Assembly: GCA_023379055.1 (NCBI GenBank) | Contig: JAMCSX010000009.1 | Location: 10,625-74,624, forward strand | DNA from: Candidatus Marsarchaeota archaeon | GTDB lineage: Archaea > Micrarchaeota > Micrarchaeia > Micrarchaeales > CABMGC01 | Direction of reading: 5' to 3' | DNA length: 64,000 nucleotides | Shown here: positions 16,874 to 26,871 of the stretch, piece after piece | Layout of the letters: each line of letters begins with the position of its first letter | Position numbering within the stretch: position 1 is the first letter of the stretch | The notes under the pieces: generated by a model | Seen by the model: only the letters and a program-made list of their open reading frames with translations | Told to the model about the DNA's origin: nothing | The model's database searches: none | Translations under genes and position numbers: made by a program

Positions 16874-17005
16874 ATGAACCGTATGGGACTATGCCACATA
16901 TGCGGGGAGTCAGCCAGGAGGGTGTGCAGCATGTGCGGCAGGCAGGCATGCGATAGGCACATCAAGAAAGGCGTATGTGAATCCTGTGCGTCAGGAAAAA
17001 GATGA
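16874..17005 (+). CDS. 43-aa Cys-rich zinc-finger miniprotein (not in ORF track)
   Basis: MNRMGLCHICGESARRVCSMCGRQACDRHIKKGVCESCASGKR, with 7 Cys and 2 His. Starts 9 nt after the priL-like stop. Confidence 0.45.
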   Translation: MNRMGLCHICGESARRVCSMCGRQACDRHIKKGVCESCASGKR

Positions 17006-17009
17006 AGCG

Positions 17010-17276
17010 CTATAGGCCTGCGAAGTCTGTCATGGACGTACCACTCGGAAATGCGCGCCCATTCTGCGATTCCACAGGAAGCCCAATCTCTTCGGCAATG
17101 CGCTGTAGCTCTGACAGGTCAACCTGTCTTAAGGTAGCGAGCTCTACATAGTTTATGTTTCCATGCTGCACCCGCCTTATATCGAATGTCAACTGCTGAA
17201 ACATGCCGCTCCTGATGAGTCTTACCTTTACCGACCCCCTGGATATGACATCTTTCGCCTTTGCAGAAATCTCCAT
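17010..17276 (-). CDS. Hypothetical conserved-looking small protein
   Basis: 88 aa from the internal ATG (MEISAKAKDV..) of track ORF 17010..17318. Confidence 0.4.
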   Translation of the reverse strand: MEISAKAKDVISRGSVKVRLIRSGMFQQLTFDIRRVQHGNINYVELATLRQVDLSELQRIAEEIGLPVESQNGRAFPSGTSMTDFAGL

Positions 17277-17350
17277 AATACACTTCTCAATATATACGCA
17301 TTGATACATCCTACACAAGCAATAATAAATTATCCTGCAATATCTAAACT

Positions 17351-17704
17351 ATGGATATAAATGTCGTCGCAATAGTGATATTCATAATCTTCTCGACATT
17401 TACCCCAGTATCGCTTGTTATTACCTCAATATTCCTCAGAAGGCAGTCAAAAAGGAACGCTATGATGGGATCGCCTTATGAAAGTGCGGAGGAGAGCAGG
17501 GGGAACAGAATAAGCATAATGAATGAGTATATGCACTACTTTTCAATGTTCCTTTCATTTGAGATACTTGTTGCAGTGGCAATAGTCTGGGCACCAATAG
17601 CAAGACTGCTTCCGACCACTGCAAGCGCCGCTGTGCTGTCATTGCTTGTTGCTGGCATGGTATTCGAGGTGTTCGTGATGCTGATAGCAAGGTCTACTCG
17701 GTGA
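17351..17704 (+). CDS. nuoA: NADH-quinone oxidoreductase subunit A
   Basis: 117 aa, 3 TM helices, SPYESAEE loop motif. First gene of the nuo block. Confidence 0.8.
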   Translation: MDINVVAIVIFIIFSTFTPVSLVITSIFLRRQSKRNAMMGSPYESAEESRGNRISIMNEYMHYFSMFLSFEILVAVAIVWAPIARLLPTTASAAVLSLLVAGMVFEVFVMLIARSTR

Positions 17705-17710
17705 GGTTTT

Positions 17711-18295
17711 ATGGCAGAAGATAACATAGACCACGAAAGCAAGGAATTTGCAGACGCTAAGGAAGAGATGGACGCATTGGTATACGAATCCCTCAAGGGG
17801 AGGGAGGTAAAGCCAAATGCTATTTTCGCAAAGCTTTCGGATCTAACACGTTCAATGCCCATAAGGAAGAAGGTAATAAACTGGTCCAGGGTGAATTCGC
17901 TCTGGCCGCTGCAATTCGGCCTTGCATGCTGCGCAATAGAGCTTATGGACTTCGGCTCTGCAAGAATCGATGCGGAGAGAAAAGGATACCTGCTGTTCAG
18001 GGGCACTCCGAGGCAGTGCGATGTGATGATAATTGCAGGGTGGGTAACCAAAGCCATGGTACCGGAGATAAAGAGGCTTTACGAGCAGATGGCAGAGCCG
18101 AAGTATGTGATAGCATTCGGCGAATGCGCTACGTGCGGGGGCCCGTGGTGGGAGAGCTATAATATAATGAAGGGCATAGACCAGGCAATAAAGGTAGATG
18201 TATATGTTGCAGGATGCCCCCCAAGGCCCGAGAACCTGTTCGCAGCGCTCATGAAACTGCAGAAGAAGATAGGTGGTAGCATTGAAAGTAGATAG
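17711..18295 (+). CDS. nuoB: NADH-quinone oxidoreductase subunit B
   Basis: [14 protein letters not shown] and GCPPRPE motifs (N2 cluster ligands). Confidence 0.9.
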   Translation: MAEDNIDHESKEFADAKEEMDALVYESLKGREVKPNAIFAKLSDLTRSMPIRKKVINWSRVNSLWPLQFGLACCAIELMDFGSARIDAERKGYLLFRGTPRQCDVMIIAGWVTKAMVPEIKRLYEQMAEPKYVIAFGECATCGGPWWESYNIMKGIDQAIKVDVYVAGCPPRPENLFAALMKLQKKIGGSIESR

Positions 18296-18656
18296 AGATG
18301 CACTTGTTGCGACAGTAAGCAGGATGAAGTCTGAAGGCTTCGACTACCTTGTAAAGGTGACAGCTGTGGATTACGCTGATCATATAGATGTGCTGTACAT
18401 ACTGCGAAATACTGACACATCCAAAGACGAGATACTAGAGGTTATGCTAGATCCGGAGGACCTGCGGATTCATACTATAATCAACATACACAAGTCTGCA
18501 GATTGGTATGAGAGGGAGATGTCGGAGATGTTCGGCATAGGGATTTTGGGCAGGAACGCGCCAAGGCTTTTGCTTGAGAAATGGGATGGAGTGGACCCGC
18601 CTCTGAGGAAGGTTTTTGCATGGAACGCTGCATACAAGACAAAGGAGGATAAATAA
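18273..18656 (+). CDS. nuoC: NADH-quinone oxidoreductase subunit C (short form)
   Basis: GTG start. Lies between nuoB and nuo[15 protein letters not shown] motif. Confidence 0.8.
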   Translation: MVALKVDRDALVATVSRMKSEGFDYLVKVTAVDYADHIDVLYILRNTDTSKDEILEVMLDPEDLRIHTIINIHKSADWYEREMSEMFGIGILGRNAPRLLLEKWDGVDPPLRKVFAWNAAYKTKEDK

Positions 18657-19750
18657 TGCCAATAACAAGAATAAATGTGGGACCTGTGCACCCAAGCACC
18701 CATGGCGTGATACGGCTTGTGGTGGATCTTGATGGAGATACGATAGAAAACGTTGAGCCGCATGTTGGATTCCTGCATCGCGGAGTGGAGAAGCTCGTAG
18801 AGACAAGAATGTACATGCAATCGACACCATATATGGAAAAGCTTGACTATGTAGCTCCGATGTCATACAATGATGCATACGTGGCTGCAGTAGAGGCAGC
18901 AATGGGCATTCCCGTTAAGGAGAGGGCGCAGTACATACGGGTAATACTTCTCGAACTTCAGAGGATCGCAAGCCACCTGCTGAGCATTGGCACGCTGTGC
19001 AATGATATAGGCCAGATGTTCACCGCATTTATGTGGTCGTTCAAGGACAGGGACATTGTGCTTGACCTCTTGCAGGAGGCGACGGGATCGCGCATGTTCT
19101 ATGTAAACATGAGGCTCGGTGGCCTTCATTCAGATCTGCCACCAGACTTCGAGGAGCATGCACTGAATACGTTGGATTACCTTGAAAAGCGAGTACCGCA
19201 ATACGAACATTATATTGAGAGGAATCCCATATTCACCGAGAGGATGAAAGGCATAGGCGTTGTTTCAAAGGAGCTTGCAAAGAATATAGGGATTACTGGC
19301 CCTGCGCTGCGAGCCTCTGGGGTTAACTATGACGTAAGGAAGAACAGCCCATATTATGTATACGACAAGTTCCACTTCAATCCGCAGGTGCTTTACGACG
19401 GAGACAATTTCTCCAGATACAAGGTAAAGATACTGGAGATAAAGGAAAGCATAAGGATTGCGAGAGCAGCATTAAAGTCGCTTCCGGAGGGCGATGCACT
19501 TGGGATGCCGGTAAAGCTCAGAAGCCCAAATCCTAAAAACAGGATATCTATTGTAAGCAGGGAACTTCCGAGAGGCGAATGCCTCATGTACCTTGTTGCG
19601 GATCCGCAGAGACCATACCGGCTTTCCATCAGGTCGCCATGCTTCATAAACCTTGCCGCAATAAGCCACATAGCAAAAGGGGAAAGGTTTGCAGACCTGT
19701 TCGGCATACTCGGCAGCCTTGACATAATAATGGGCTGCATAGACAGGTGA
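18656..19750 (+). CDS. nuoD: NADH-quinone oxidoreductase subunit D
   Basis: INVGPVHPSTHGVIRLVVDLDGD and HVGFLHRGVEKL motifs. Confidence 0.9.
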   Translation: MPITRINVGPVHPSTHGVIRLVVDLDGDTIENVEPHVGFLHRGVEKLVETRMYMQSTPYMEKLDYVAPMSYNDAYVAAVEAAMGIPVKERAQYIRVILLELQRIASHLLSIGTLCNDIGQMFTAFMWSFKDRDIVLDLLQEATGSRMFYVNMRLGGLHSDLPPDFEEHALNTLDYLEKRVPQYEHYIERNPIFTERMKGIGVVSKELAKNIGITGPALRASGVNYDVRKNSPYYVYDKFHFNPQVLYDGDNFSRYKVKILEIKESIRIARAALKSLPEGDALGMPVKLRSPNPKNRISIVSRELPRGECLMYLVADPQRPYRLSIRSPCFINLAAISHIAKGERFADLFGILGSLDIIMGCIDR

Positions 19751-19763
19751 TACCATCGCACCA

Positions 19764-20801
19764 TTGAACAATATACCTTTGGACAATATCGCAGTGAACC
19801 TTGAAAAAAACATGATAAACATACCTTTCTGGCTGCATTCCGCAAGCCTGCTGTACAATATAATAGGCATAATCATATACGTGGTAATAGTCTCCATAAT
19901 ATTCTCAGTATTTGGATATGTGGTAGGGTGGCTTGAGAGAAAGCTAATTGCAAGGGCACAGTACAGGCACGGTCCAACGTATGTTGGCATGTGGGGAATA
20001 CTGCAGAACATGGCAGACTTGATAAAGCTCCTCGCAAAATCTGACGTTGTACTTGACAATGCAGACAGATTCATCTTTATAATTTCCATACCCCTTATAC
20101 TTGCACTCTCCGTATTTCTTGTGCTTCTTCTGCCATACTCCCCAGTATTGCAGTCTACTAACCTGGGTTTTGGACTGCTAATGGTATTCACGGTAATCGC
20201 ATTTTTCCCTATACTCCTGTTCAACGCAGGTTTCTCAAGTGCTAACAAATTTGCAAACATAAGCGCGCAGAGGTCAGTGCTCATACTTCTTGGCTACGAG
20301 ATACCAGTACTGCTGGTCGTCGCATCTGTTGCGCTTCTTGCAAACGGATACAACCTGCAGAACATAATAGCAATGCAGTCAAATTCATACTTTGCATTGC
20401 TTATGCCCATAGGTCTTTTCGTCTTCTTCGTAGCGATGCTCGCTGAATTTGAGAGACCCCCATTTGATCTAAGGGAAGCGGACTCCGAGCTGATAGCAGG
20501 ATGGCTTACGGACATCAGCGCACCATACTATGCCCTCGCCCTCTTTATAGACTACGCGAGGATGTTTCTGGGGAGCGTGTTAATAGCAATACTCTTCTTC
20601 GGCGGATGGCTTGGGCCGCCCTTTCTTCCACCGCTTGCCTGGCTAATTGCAAAGGCATTCATAATCTCGATATTTGTCATAATGGTGAGGGCCACTACAT
20701 TCAGAATGAGGATAGATAGGGTACTAAGATTCGGATGGTGGTGGCTGGTACCGCTCTCATTAATAAACCTTATAATTACATACATAATATTCGTCAGGTG
20801 A
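19764..20801 (+). CDS. nuoH: NADH-quinone oxidoreductase subunit H
   Basis: GWLERKLIARAQYRHGP and FERPPFDLREADSELIAGW motifs. TTG start in the track; an alternative ATG is at 19812. Confidence 0.85.
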   Translation: MNNIPLDNIAVNLEKNMINIPFWLHSASLLYNIIGIIIYVVIVSIIFSVFGYVVGWLERKLIARAQYRHGPTYVGMWGILQNMADLIKLLAKSDVVLDNADRFIFIISIPLILALSVFLVLLLPYSPVLQSTNLGFGLLMVFTVIAFFPILLFNAGFSSANKFANISAQRSVLILLGYEIPVLLVVASVALLANGYNLQNIIAMQSNSYFALLMPIGLFVFFVAMLAEFERPPFDLREADSELIAGWLTDISAPYYALALFIDYARMFLGSVLIAILFFGGWLGPPFLPPLAWLIAKAFIISIFVIMVRATTFRMRIDRVLRFGWWWLVPLSLINLIITYIIFVR

Positions 20802-20807
20802 AGTGAA

Positions 20808-21170
20808 ATGTTGGAGCCTCTTGCAAAGACCATAAAGACTGCCATCTTCGACAAACGGTACACGACCGAATTTCCCGAGAACAGGGAACCACTTCCTGAC
20901 AGCTATAGAGGCAGGCTGAGACTTGACATGGAGACCTGCATAAGTTGCTCGGCATGTGCAATAATCTGTCCGAACCAGACAATAACCATGGTGAGCACCC
21001 TGACTGAAAAAGGGGACAAGATAATGCCACAGGTCGGGCATGAGAGGTGTCTCTTCTGTGCCCTATGTGCAGAGGTATGCCCTCCGAAATGCCTTACACT
21101 GACGAAAAGCTACGATTATGAGGCCTATGATAAAAGAGAGCTGCTGACAAGGCCCGAGGAGCTTGAATAA
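20808..21170 (+). CDS. nuoI: NADH-quinone oxidoreductase subunit I (2x[4Fe-4S] ferredoxin)
   Basis: CISCSACAIICP and CLFCALCAEVCP. Confidence 0.85.
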   Translation: MLEPLAKTIKTAIFDKRYTTEFPENREPLPDSYRGRLRLDMETCISCSACAIICPNQTITMVSTLTEKGDKIMPQVGHERCLFCALCAEVCPPKCLTLTKSYDYEAYDKRELLTRPEELE

Positions 21171-21171
21171 C

Positions 21172-21648
21172 ATGATAGGCTTGTACGTGTTTTATGCAAT
21201 AGCCGCGCTGGTAATAACATCGTCTATATTGGTATTCGTACAGAAAAGGCTGATACATGCAGTAATAGCGCTTGCAGTGGTGTTCTTTGGCAGCGCACTT
21301 GTATTCTTCATTATAGGGCAGACGCTTGTAGCGCTCCTGCAGCTTGTAGTGTTTGTTGGTGGATTCTCAACTTACCTGATAGTTGCAGTGGCAACAGAGG
21401 AGAAGAACGCCAGACTCATTAGGTTTCCTGTATTTGCAGTGCTGTCTGTACTTCTGTTTGCAGGAATTGTATTTGCATTGCAGGGCATTCCTTCACAGCA
21501 ATTTGGCGAGGGCAATAACTTCCTTACTGCTGCAGCATCGGCCCTTGCAACTGACTATGCTATGCTTTACATAATGGCAGCACTGCTATTTGCAGCCACT
21601 ATAGGCGGTGTAATGATAATAAAAAAGTTCACAAAACTGCTGATATAA
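21172..21648 (+). CDS. nuoJ: NADH-quinone oxidoreductase subunit J
   Basis: Hydrophobic protein of about 158 aa in the conserved position. The ATG at 21172 is preferred over the TTG at 21163. Confidence 0.75.
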   Translation: MIGLYVFYAIAALVITSSILVFVQKRLIHAVIALAVVFFGSALVFFIIGQTLVALLQLVVFVGGFSTYLIVAVATEEKNARLIRFPVFAVLSVLLFAGIVFALQGIPSQQFGEGNNFLTAAASALATDYAMLYIMAALLFAATIGGVMIIKKFTKLLI

Positions 21649-21956
21649 TGATACCGCTTCTCTATCTGTTCGTATTGAGCATTGCGCTGCTTGCCATAGG
21701 ACTCGCCGCCATTGCAGCCGAACGACACCTTGTGGTAATAATGCTCGCCGTCGAAATAATATTCGTGGCTAGCACCATAGCACTGATATCCTTCTTCTCA
21801 TACAATGCACATGCAAACCCCGATGCAGTTACAATGCTCTTCGCAATCTTTGCAGTCGCAGCAGTGGAGATAATAACATTGATAACATTCTATGTGTACA
21901 TGAAGTATCATGACATAAGTTTTGACGTCTCAAAGCTCTCAAAGTTCAAGTGGTAG
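21648..21956 (+). CDS. nuoK: NADH-quinone oxidoreductase subunit K
   Basis: 102 aa, 3 TM helices, conserved position. Confidence 0.8.
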   Translation: MIPLLYLFVLSIALLAIGLAAIAAERHLVVIMLAVEIIFVASTIALISFFSYNAHANPDAVTMLFAIFAVAAVEIITLITFYVYMKYHDISFDVSKLSKFKW

Positions 21957-21959
21957 ATC

Positions 21960-23747
21960 ATGTTCGCACCGATAGTATTATTGCCACTTGTCGCTGCAAT
22001 ATTGGCAATTGCAATATTCAAAAGACCGCAGGCGGCAAAGTACTTAGCAATAGCAGGAAGTATGATCGGGCTTGTACTTACATTGGCCGTGGGCTATGGC
22101 AGCGCCAGTATCCCGTGGTTTAGCGTGGGTCACTATACAATAAGCCTGTCGATAGCGGTCACTCCGCTTAACTACCTGCTTCTCTTCATCGTAATGCTGA
22201 TGGGCCTTATCGTAATGATATACTCCGCAGGATACATGGACACGCTAAGCGAGCATAGGAGATACTACATAGAGATGCTCTCGTTCCAGGCTGCAATGGC
22301 AACATTTGCAATAAGTGGAAGCTTTATAACACTGTTCATAGCCTGGGAGTTTCTCAGCCTCACGAGTTATCTGCTGATAGGCTTCTGGCATTCGAAAGAG
22401 AGGGCAAACAGGGCGGCAAGGAAGGCACTCACAATAATATTTATAGGCGACCTTGCGCTTCTCGCGTCAATGGTCATATTCTGGAACATATTCGGCACAC
22501 TCTCATTTGTGCGAATAATAGCCTCCGTGAGCTCACATGTATCTGCGGATCTAACTGCCGGAATACTGCTATTGCTCCTCGCGATATTCACAAAATCAGC
22601 GCAATTCCCGTTCCACGAATGGCTTATAGACGCAATGGAGGGACCTACACCGGTATCGGCATACCTCCATTCAAGCACGATGGTTAAGGCAGGAGTATTT
22701 GCAGCAATACTTCTCTACCCGCTGTTCTCATCTGCCGGCTTAAGCGATATCATGCTTGTATTCGGGGTTGTCACTGCAATAATATCCACTCTCGCAGCGT
22801 CAAGGGAGTATCATGTAAAGAGGGTCATAGCGTACTCCACAATACAGGAGTTGTCCATAATGCTTGTTGCAGTGGCAAGCGGCGCCATAATCGCTGCAAT
22901 ATACTTCTTCTTCGCGCAGAGCTTCTACAAGGCGCTTCTGTTCTTCACGTCGGGAGTGGAAATGAAATCTACGGACAATGAATACCTGAACGAAATCTCC
23001 GGGCTCAGAGAAAACAAACTGGTGTATCTATCAACCATGTTCGGAGTAGTGTCTCTTGCAGGATTCATACCGTTCTCCGGATTCTTTGCAAATGAAGGGA
23101 TAAGCATCTCACTGCTGCCCAATCTTGCAGTATATGCGGTCATGTCCGGAATAAGCCTCCTAACAAGCTTCTACATATTCAGATGGGTGTCGTACGGTGC
23201 CAAGAGGTCAAAGAATGCGTACGTGAGCGGTAATTACCGCGGCCAGCCGAAGTCAATGGTATACCCGATGGTGCTTCTTGCAGCCCTTACGCTTGCATCC
23301 TCAGCATTCGTAATATATATTGGCAGCTTCCTCAACTATGGAGGTTATCTTGCGTATCTTGATATTCCCGGATCCCTGCCCTCAGGAATAGCCGACGGCA
23401 TTGTATTCCTTGTACTGATATCGATAGGCGCTGTGCTGGGATACGAGGTATACTACAAGAACCGCATAAAAATGAGCGCAGACAGACTTGATCCAATCAT
23501 ATACACAAATCCGATAATAAACTGGGCGTATCTAGCCGTTGCTGCAATAACCTATGCCGCTGCTGAGGGCATAAGCGCATTCGACGCATACCTGGGCGAT
23601 TTGTTTGACAGGATAGGCAGGGTTACCGTACGATCAGGATATCTGGTAAGGCGGGCATCGGTAGGCGACATAAACACATACGCAGCAATGTTCATAATAG
23701 GTATTTTGGCACTGTTTGCAATATTCTATTACCTGGTGATTCTCTGA
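21960..23747 (+). CDS. nuoL: NADH-quinone oxidoreductase subunit L (antiporter-like)
   Basis: 595 aa. AQFPFHEWLIDAMEGPTPVSAYLHSSTMVKAG motif. C-terminal extension with terminal TM helices. Confidence 0.85.
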   Translation: MFAPIVLLPLVAAILAIAIFKRPQAAKYLAIAGSMIGLVLTLAVGYGSASIPWFSVGHYTISLSIAVTPLNYLLLFIVMLMGLIVMIYSAGYMDTLSEHRRYYIEMLSFQAAMATFAISGSFITLFIAWEFLSLTSYLLIGFWHSKERANRAARKALTIIFIGDLALLASMVIFWNIFGTLSFVRIIASVSSHVSADLTAGILLLLLAIFTKSAQFPFHEWLIDAMEGPTPVSAYLHSSTMVKAGVFAAILLYPLFSSAGLSDIMLVFGVVTAIISTLAASREYHVKRVIAYSTIQELSIMLVAVASGAIIAAIYFFFAQSFYKALLFFTSGVEMKSTDNEYLNEISGLRENKLVYLSTMFGVVSLAGFIPFSGFFANEGISISLLPNLAVYAVMSGISLLTSFYIFRWVSYGAKRSKNAYVSGNYRGQPKSMVYPMVLLAALTLASSAFVIYIGSFLNYGGYLAYLDIPGSLPSGIADGIVFLVLISIGAVLGYEVYYKNRIKMSADRLDPIIYTNPIINWAYLAVAAITYAAAEGISAFDAYLGDLFDRIGRVTVRSGYLVRRASVGDINTYAAMFIIGILALFAIFYYLVIL

Positions 23748-25126
23748 TGATCGCTGCACTTGGTTATATCTACTCACTATTCGCGCTTTCGGCTATAATG
23801 ATAATAGGAAACCTTGCAATAAGAATTGCGGGGGGCAAGAGGCTGCAGTTTGCATTTAATCTGATTCTGCCAGTACTCCTGCTGGTGAATATGGGGATTA
23901 TCTATGCGTTTGGCATCTCCGGACTTTTCTTCGGCGCGTTCACCATAAATCCATTCTCCCTGCTGTTTTCTGGATTGTTCACGCTGGGTCTGCTGACAGT
24001 CACCTTAATCGCATTCGGCTATTCCGATGAATACCAGGACTTTGCGGTTATAATCGCATTTGCACTGATAGGTATGTACGCGGTGTCCATGTCGTCATCG
24101 CTCATAACCATATTCCTCGGGCTTGAACTTTCAAGCATACCCATGGTGTTTGCCGTGCTTCTCTCAAGAAGGGGCATAGAGGCTGCCGCGAAATTATTCA
24201 TAATGTCATCCATTGCAATATCCGTCTTGTCTTTTGCAATTGTGCTCTTATACGGGTCCTCAAACAGCCTTGCTCTCACATCGTATCCGCACAGCGCAGT
24301 GGTTGCGTTTGCAGCCCTGCTGTTCATCGCAGCCCTTGGTTTCGAGGCGTCAATATTCCCGTTCAATGTTCTAATACCCGACGTATATACCGGATCGTCT
24401 GCATACATAACAGGCATGCTTGGCGGAATAAACAAGAAGGTCGGGTTTGTGGCACTCATGCAGGTGCTTATACTTGTATTCATAACAGACAGCAAGCTGT
24501 TCCTCATCGTAGCTGCCCTCTCTGTGCTTACGATGTTTTATGGCAACATAGTCGCACTTATGCAGAGAAACACGAAAAGGATGCTTGCGTATTCGTCGAT
24601 CTCCCAGGCCGGGTACATACTCATAGGAATAGCCACTGCAACAGCTGCAGGAATAGCTGCAAGCATATTCCAGATATTCTCGCATATGTTCATATTCATA
24701 GGCATGCTGGGTGTGGTCGCGCTGCTGGAGAGCAGGAACAGAAACGGGATAGATGAACTTATAGGGTTGAACGGCGAAAACAGGTTTGCTGCGTTTGCGA
24801 TGGCGCTTTTCATGCTCTCACTCATAGGACTGCCGCTGACTACCGGATTCGTGGGCAAGTTCCTCATATTCCTAAGCGCAGTAAACTCTGGACTGTTGTG
24901 GCTTGCCATAATCGGAATCCTAAACAGCATAATATCCGTATTATATTATGCGCGGGCAATAATGGCAATGTATACAGGCAAGGCAGGCGGCAATCCCATA
25001 ATAATGGGCAAACCACTGCTCGCAGCGCTTATACTGTGCGTTGCAGTAACAATAGTATTCGGGATATATCCACAGCCGATAATCGGCCTTGCAAACAGCG
25101 CTGCAGGATACCTGATCTCGGTCTAG
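23747..25126 (+). CDS. nuoN: NADH-quinone oxidoreductase antiporter-like subunit (NuoN-like; N versus M not resolvable by eye)
   Basis: 459 aa, MLAYSSISQAGYILIG motif. Last gene of the block. Confidence 0.75.
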   Translation: MIAALGYIYSLFALSAIMIIGNLAIRIAGGKRLQFAFNLILPVLLLVNMGIIYAFGISGLFFGAFTINPFSLLFSGLFTLGLLTVTLIAFGYSDEYQDFAVIIAFALIGMYAVSMSSSLITIFLGLELSSIPMVFAVLLSRRGIEAAAKLFIMSSIAISVLSFAIVLLYGSSNSLALTSYPHSAVVAFAALLFIAALGFEASIFPFNVLIPDVYTGSSAYITGMLGGINKKVGFVALMQVLILVFITDSKLFLIVAALSVLTMFYGNIVALMQRNTKRMLAYSSISQAGYILIGIATATAAGIAASIFQIFSHMFIFIGMLGVVALLESRNRNGIDELIGLNGENRFAAFAMALFMLSLIGLPLTTGFVGKFLIFLSAVNSGLLWLAIIGILNSIISVLYYARAIMAMYTGKAGGNPIIMGKPLLAALILCVAVTIVFGIYPQPIIGLANSAAGYLISV

Positions 25127-25134
25127 GCAGGTTC

Positions 25135-25728
25135 ATGATAAAGGTATTGATATTTGATCTTGGCGGCGTACTCATATCCGGTGAAGGGTATCTTGATTAC
25201 CTTAGGAGGAAGGTTGGTATAAGCGAGCGCGACATGAGAAAGACTGTACTTCCTATTTTCTTCAAGGCTGAGGTAGGCGAGATAACAGAAGCCGAGATGA
25301 GGCGGCAGATGGCTAAAAAGCTAGGGATTCTTGAGAAGGACCTTTTGTGGCCCCCCAGGCTGAAGGGAGTATCCGTCCCAAACCTGGAACTCAGGAAGAT
25401 TGCACAGGAGCTCTCCTCAAGATACAAAATAGCGATGCTTAGCAACATGCTTGGTAGCAGATACCGCGCACTTGTGAAGAATGGGATAGTAATAGAGAGT
25501 ATGTTCCGAAGAAGATTCGTATCATATGAGGTCAGGATGTCGAAGCCCCACAAGTCAGTCTACAGACTGGTGCTTAAGGAGATGCATATAAAGCCGGAGG
25601 AAGCTGTAATGATCGATGACATGGCAAAGAACGTAAGGGGTGCCGAGAGTCTTGGAATGCGTGGAATAGTGTTTAAGGACAATGCAAGATTACTGAAGGA
25701 GCTTAAGGTGCTGGGAGTAAGGGTATAA
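25135..25728 (+). CDS. HAD-superfamily hydrolase
   Basis: MIKVLIFDLGGVL (DxG variant of motif I), MIDDMAKNVRGAESLGM (motif IV). Internal ATG of track ORF 24898..25728. Confidence 0.7.
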   Translation: MIKVLIFDLGGVLISGEGYLDYLRRKVGISERDMRKTVLPIFFKAEVGEITEAEMRRQMAKKLGILEKDLLWPPRLKGVSVPNLELRKIAQELSSRYKIAMLSNMLGSRYRALVKNGIVIESMFRRRFVSYEVRMSKPHKSVYRLVLKEMHIKPEEAVMIDDMAKNVRGAESLGMRGIVFKDNARLLKELKVLGVRV

Positions 25729-25748
25729 TGCCATAAATTACACAGTAC

Positions 25749-26276
25749 TCAAACTCTTCTTCCCCTTCTTCCGCCAGGCCTCTTTGTAGTGTCTGTGGGC
25801 ATTGGCGTAACGTCCTCTATGCTGCCTATCTTTATGCCGCTTCTGGCGAGTGCCCTTACCACCGCCTGTGCTCCTGTCCCGGGTATTTTGGATCCGTGCC
25901 CCCCGGGCGCCCTTATCTTTATGTTTATGTTTGTGACTCCCTTCTCAAACGCTGCTGCAGCAACCTTGTATGCTGCCTGCATCCCTGCATATGGCGATCC
26001 CTCTTCATGATCGGCACTTACTACCATGCCTCCGCTTCCAGTTGCTATGGTCTCGGATCCCGAAAGGTCGGTCAAGGTTATTATGGTATTATTCTTTGAC
26101 GAGTAGATGTGCGCAACTCCCCACCGTATCGCTTTCTGGTCACCATACTTCTGCTGTGCCTCTATTGCAACATTCTCATAGGACAGATTCTCTTTATGGC
26201 TATCTTTCTGCTGTTGCTGCTGCTTCTCCTTTACCTTCGGTGCAGATTTCTTTTTTCCTCCAACCATAATAATCAT
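25749..26276 (-). CDS. rps11: 30S ribosomal protein S11 (uS11) with Lys/Gln-rich N-terminal extension
   Basis: [27 protein letters not shown] and [17 protein letters not shown] motifs. Confidence 0.9.
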   Translation of the reverse strand: MIIMVGGKKKSAPKVKEKQQQQQKDSHKENLSYENVAIEAQQKYGDQKAIRWGVAHIYSSKNNTIITLTDLSGSETIATGSGGMVVSADHEEGSPYAGMQAAYKVAAAAFEKGVTNINIKIRAPGGHGSKIPGTGAQAVVRALARSGIKIGSIEDVTPMPTDTTKRPGGRRGRRV

Positions 26277-26866
26277 CCTGCCTTTTTCTCTTCGGCACCT
26301 GCACTGACCCCTGTAGGCTGCACTTCCTCGACAGTAGCTGTCTTTGCAACTGCAGTCGCATGCGTATTTTCCTGCGCAGGATTCACGGGATTTATGTCTA
26401 TCGGCTTATAGTATCCTATCTTTGCCTCGTCTTCAACAGTGACAAGGTATCCGGGCGACTTTACTTTCCTTCCATTTACCGATATGAATCCGTGCACTAT
26501 GAGCTGCCTTGCCTGCTTTGGTGTCTTTGCAAGTCCAGCCTTTGTCACTACTGACTGCAGCCTCCTGCCAAGTATCGCCTCGGGAGTTATGCTCAGAAGA
26601 TCATCAAGCCTTGCATCCCTGCCTATAATATTGTATCTTGAGAGCCTTGCAATCATATCCTTCCCTACATTCTCGTTTACCTGATTTGAGAGCACAAGCC
26701 TTGCATTCTTCCTTATTCTCGTTACTTCTGTACTCGCCTTCCATAACTCCCTGATTGTCTTCAATCCATACCTCTCCCTTAGCTCATGATCCCTTGCTAT
26801 CCTGTTCCTGTCCCACATTATCTTTGAACGCACGTACTTTTTCCTGATTCTCTTAGGATCTCCCAT
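26273..26866 (-). CDS. rps4: 30S ribosomal protein S4 (uS4) with C-terminal extension
   Basis: [11 protein letters not shown] start, [32 protein letters not shown] (S4 domain). Confidence 0.9.
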   Translation of the reverse strand: MGDPKRIRKKYVRSKIMWDRNRIARDHELRERYGLKTIRELWKASTEVTRIRKNARLVLSNQVNENVGKDMIARLSRYNIIGRDARLDDLLSITPEAILGRRLQSVVTKAGLAKTPKQARQLIVHGFISVNGRKVKSPGYLVTVEDEAKIGYYKPIDINPVNPAQENTHATAVAKTATVEEVQPTGVSAGAEEKKAG

Positions 26867-26871
26867 TCAAT

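Noticed and set aside
24898-25134. N-terminal 79 codons of track ORF 24898-25728.
   Set aside because: This part overlaps the end of nuoN in another frame and is Arg/Asn-rich nonsense. The HAD motif I (FDLGGVL) follows the internal ATG at 25135.
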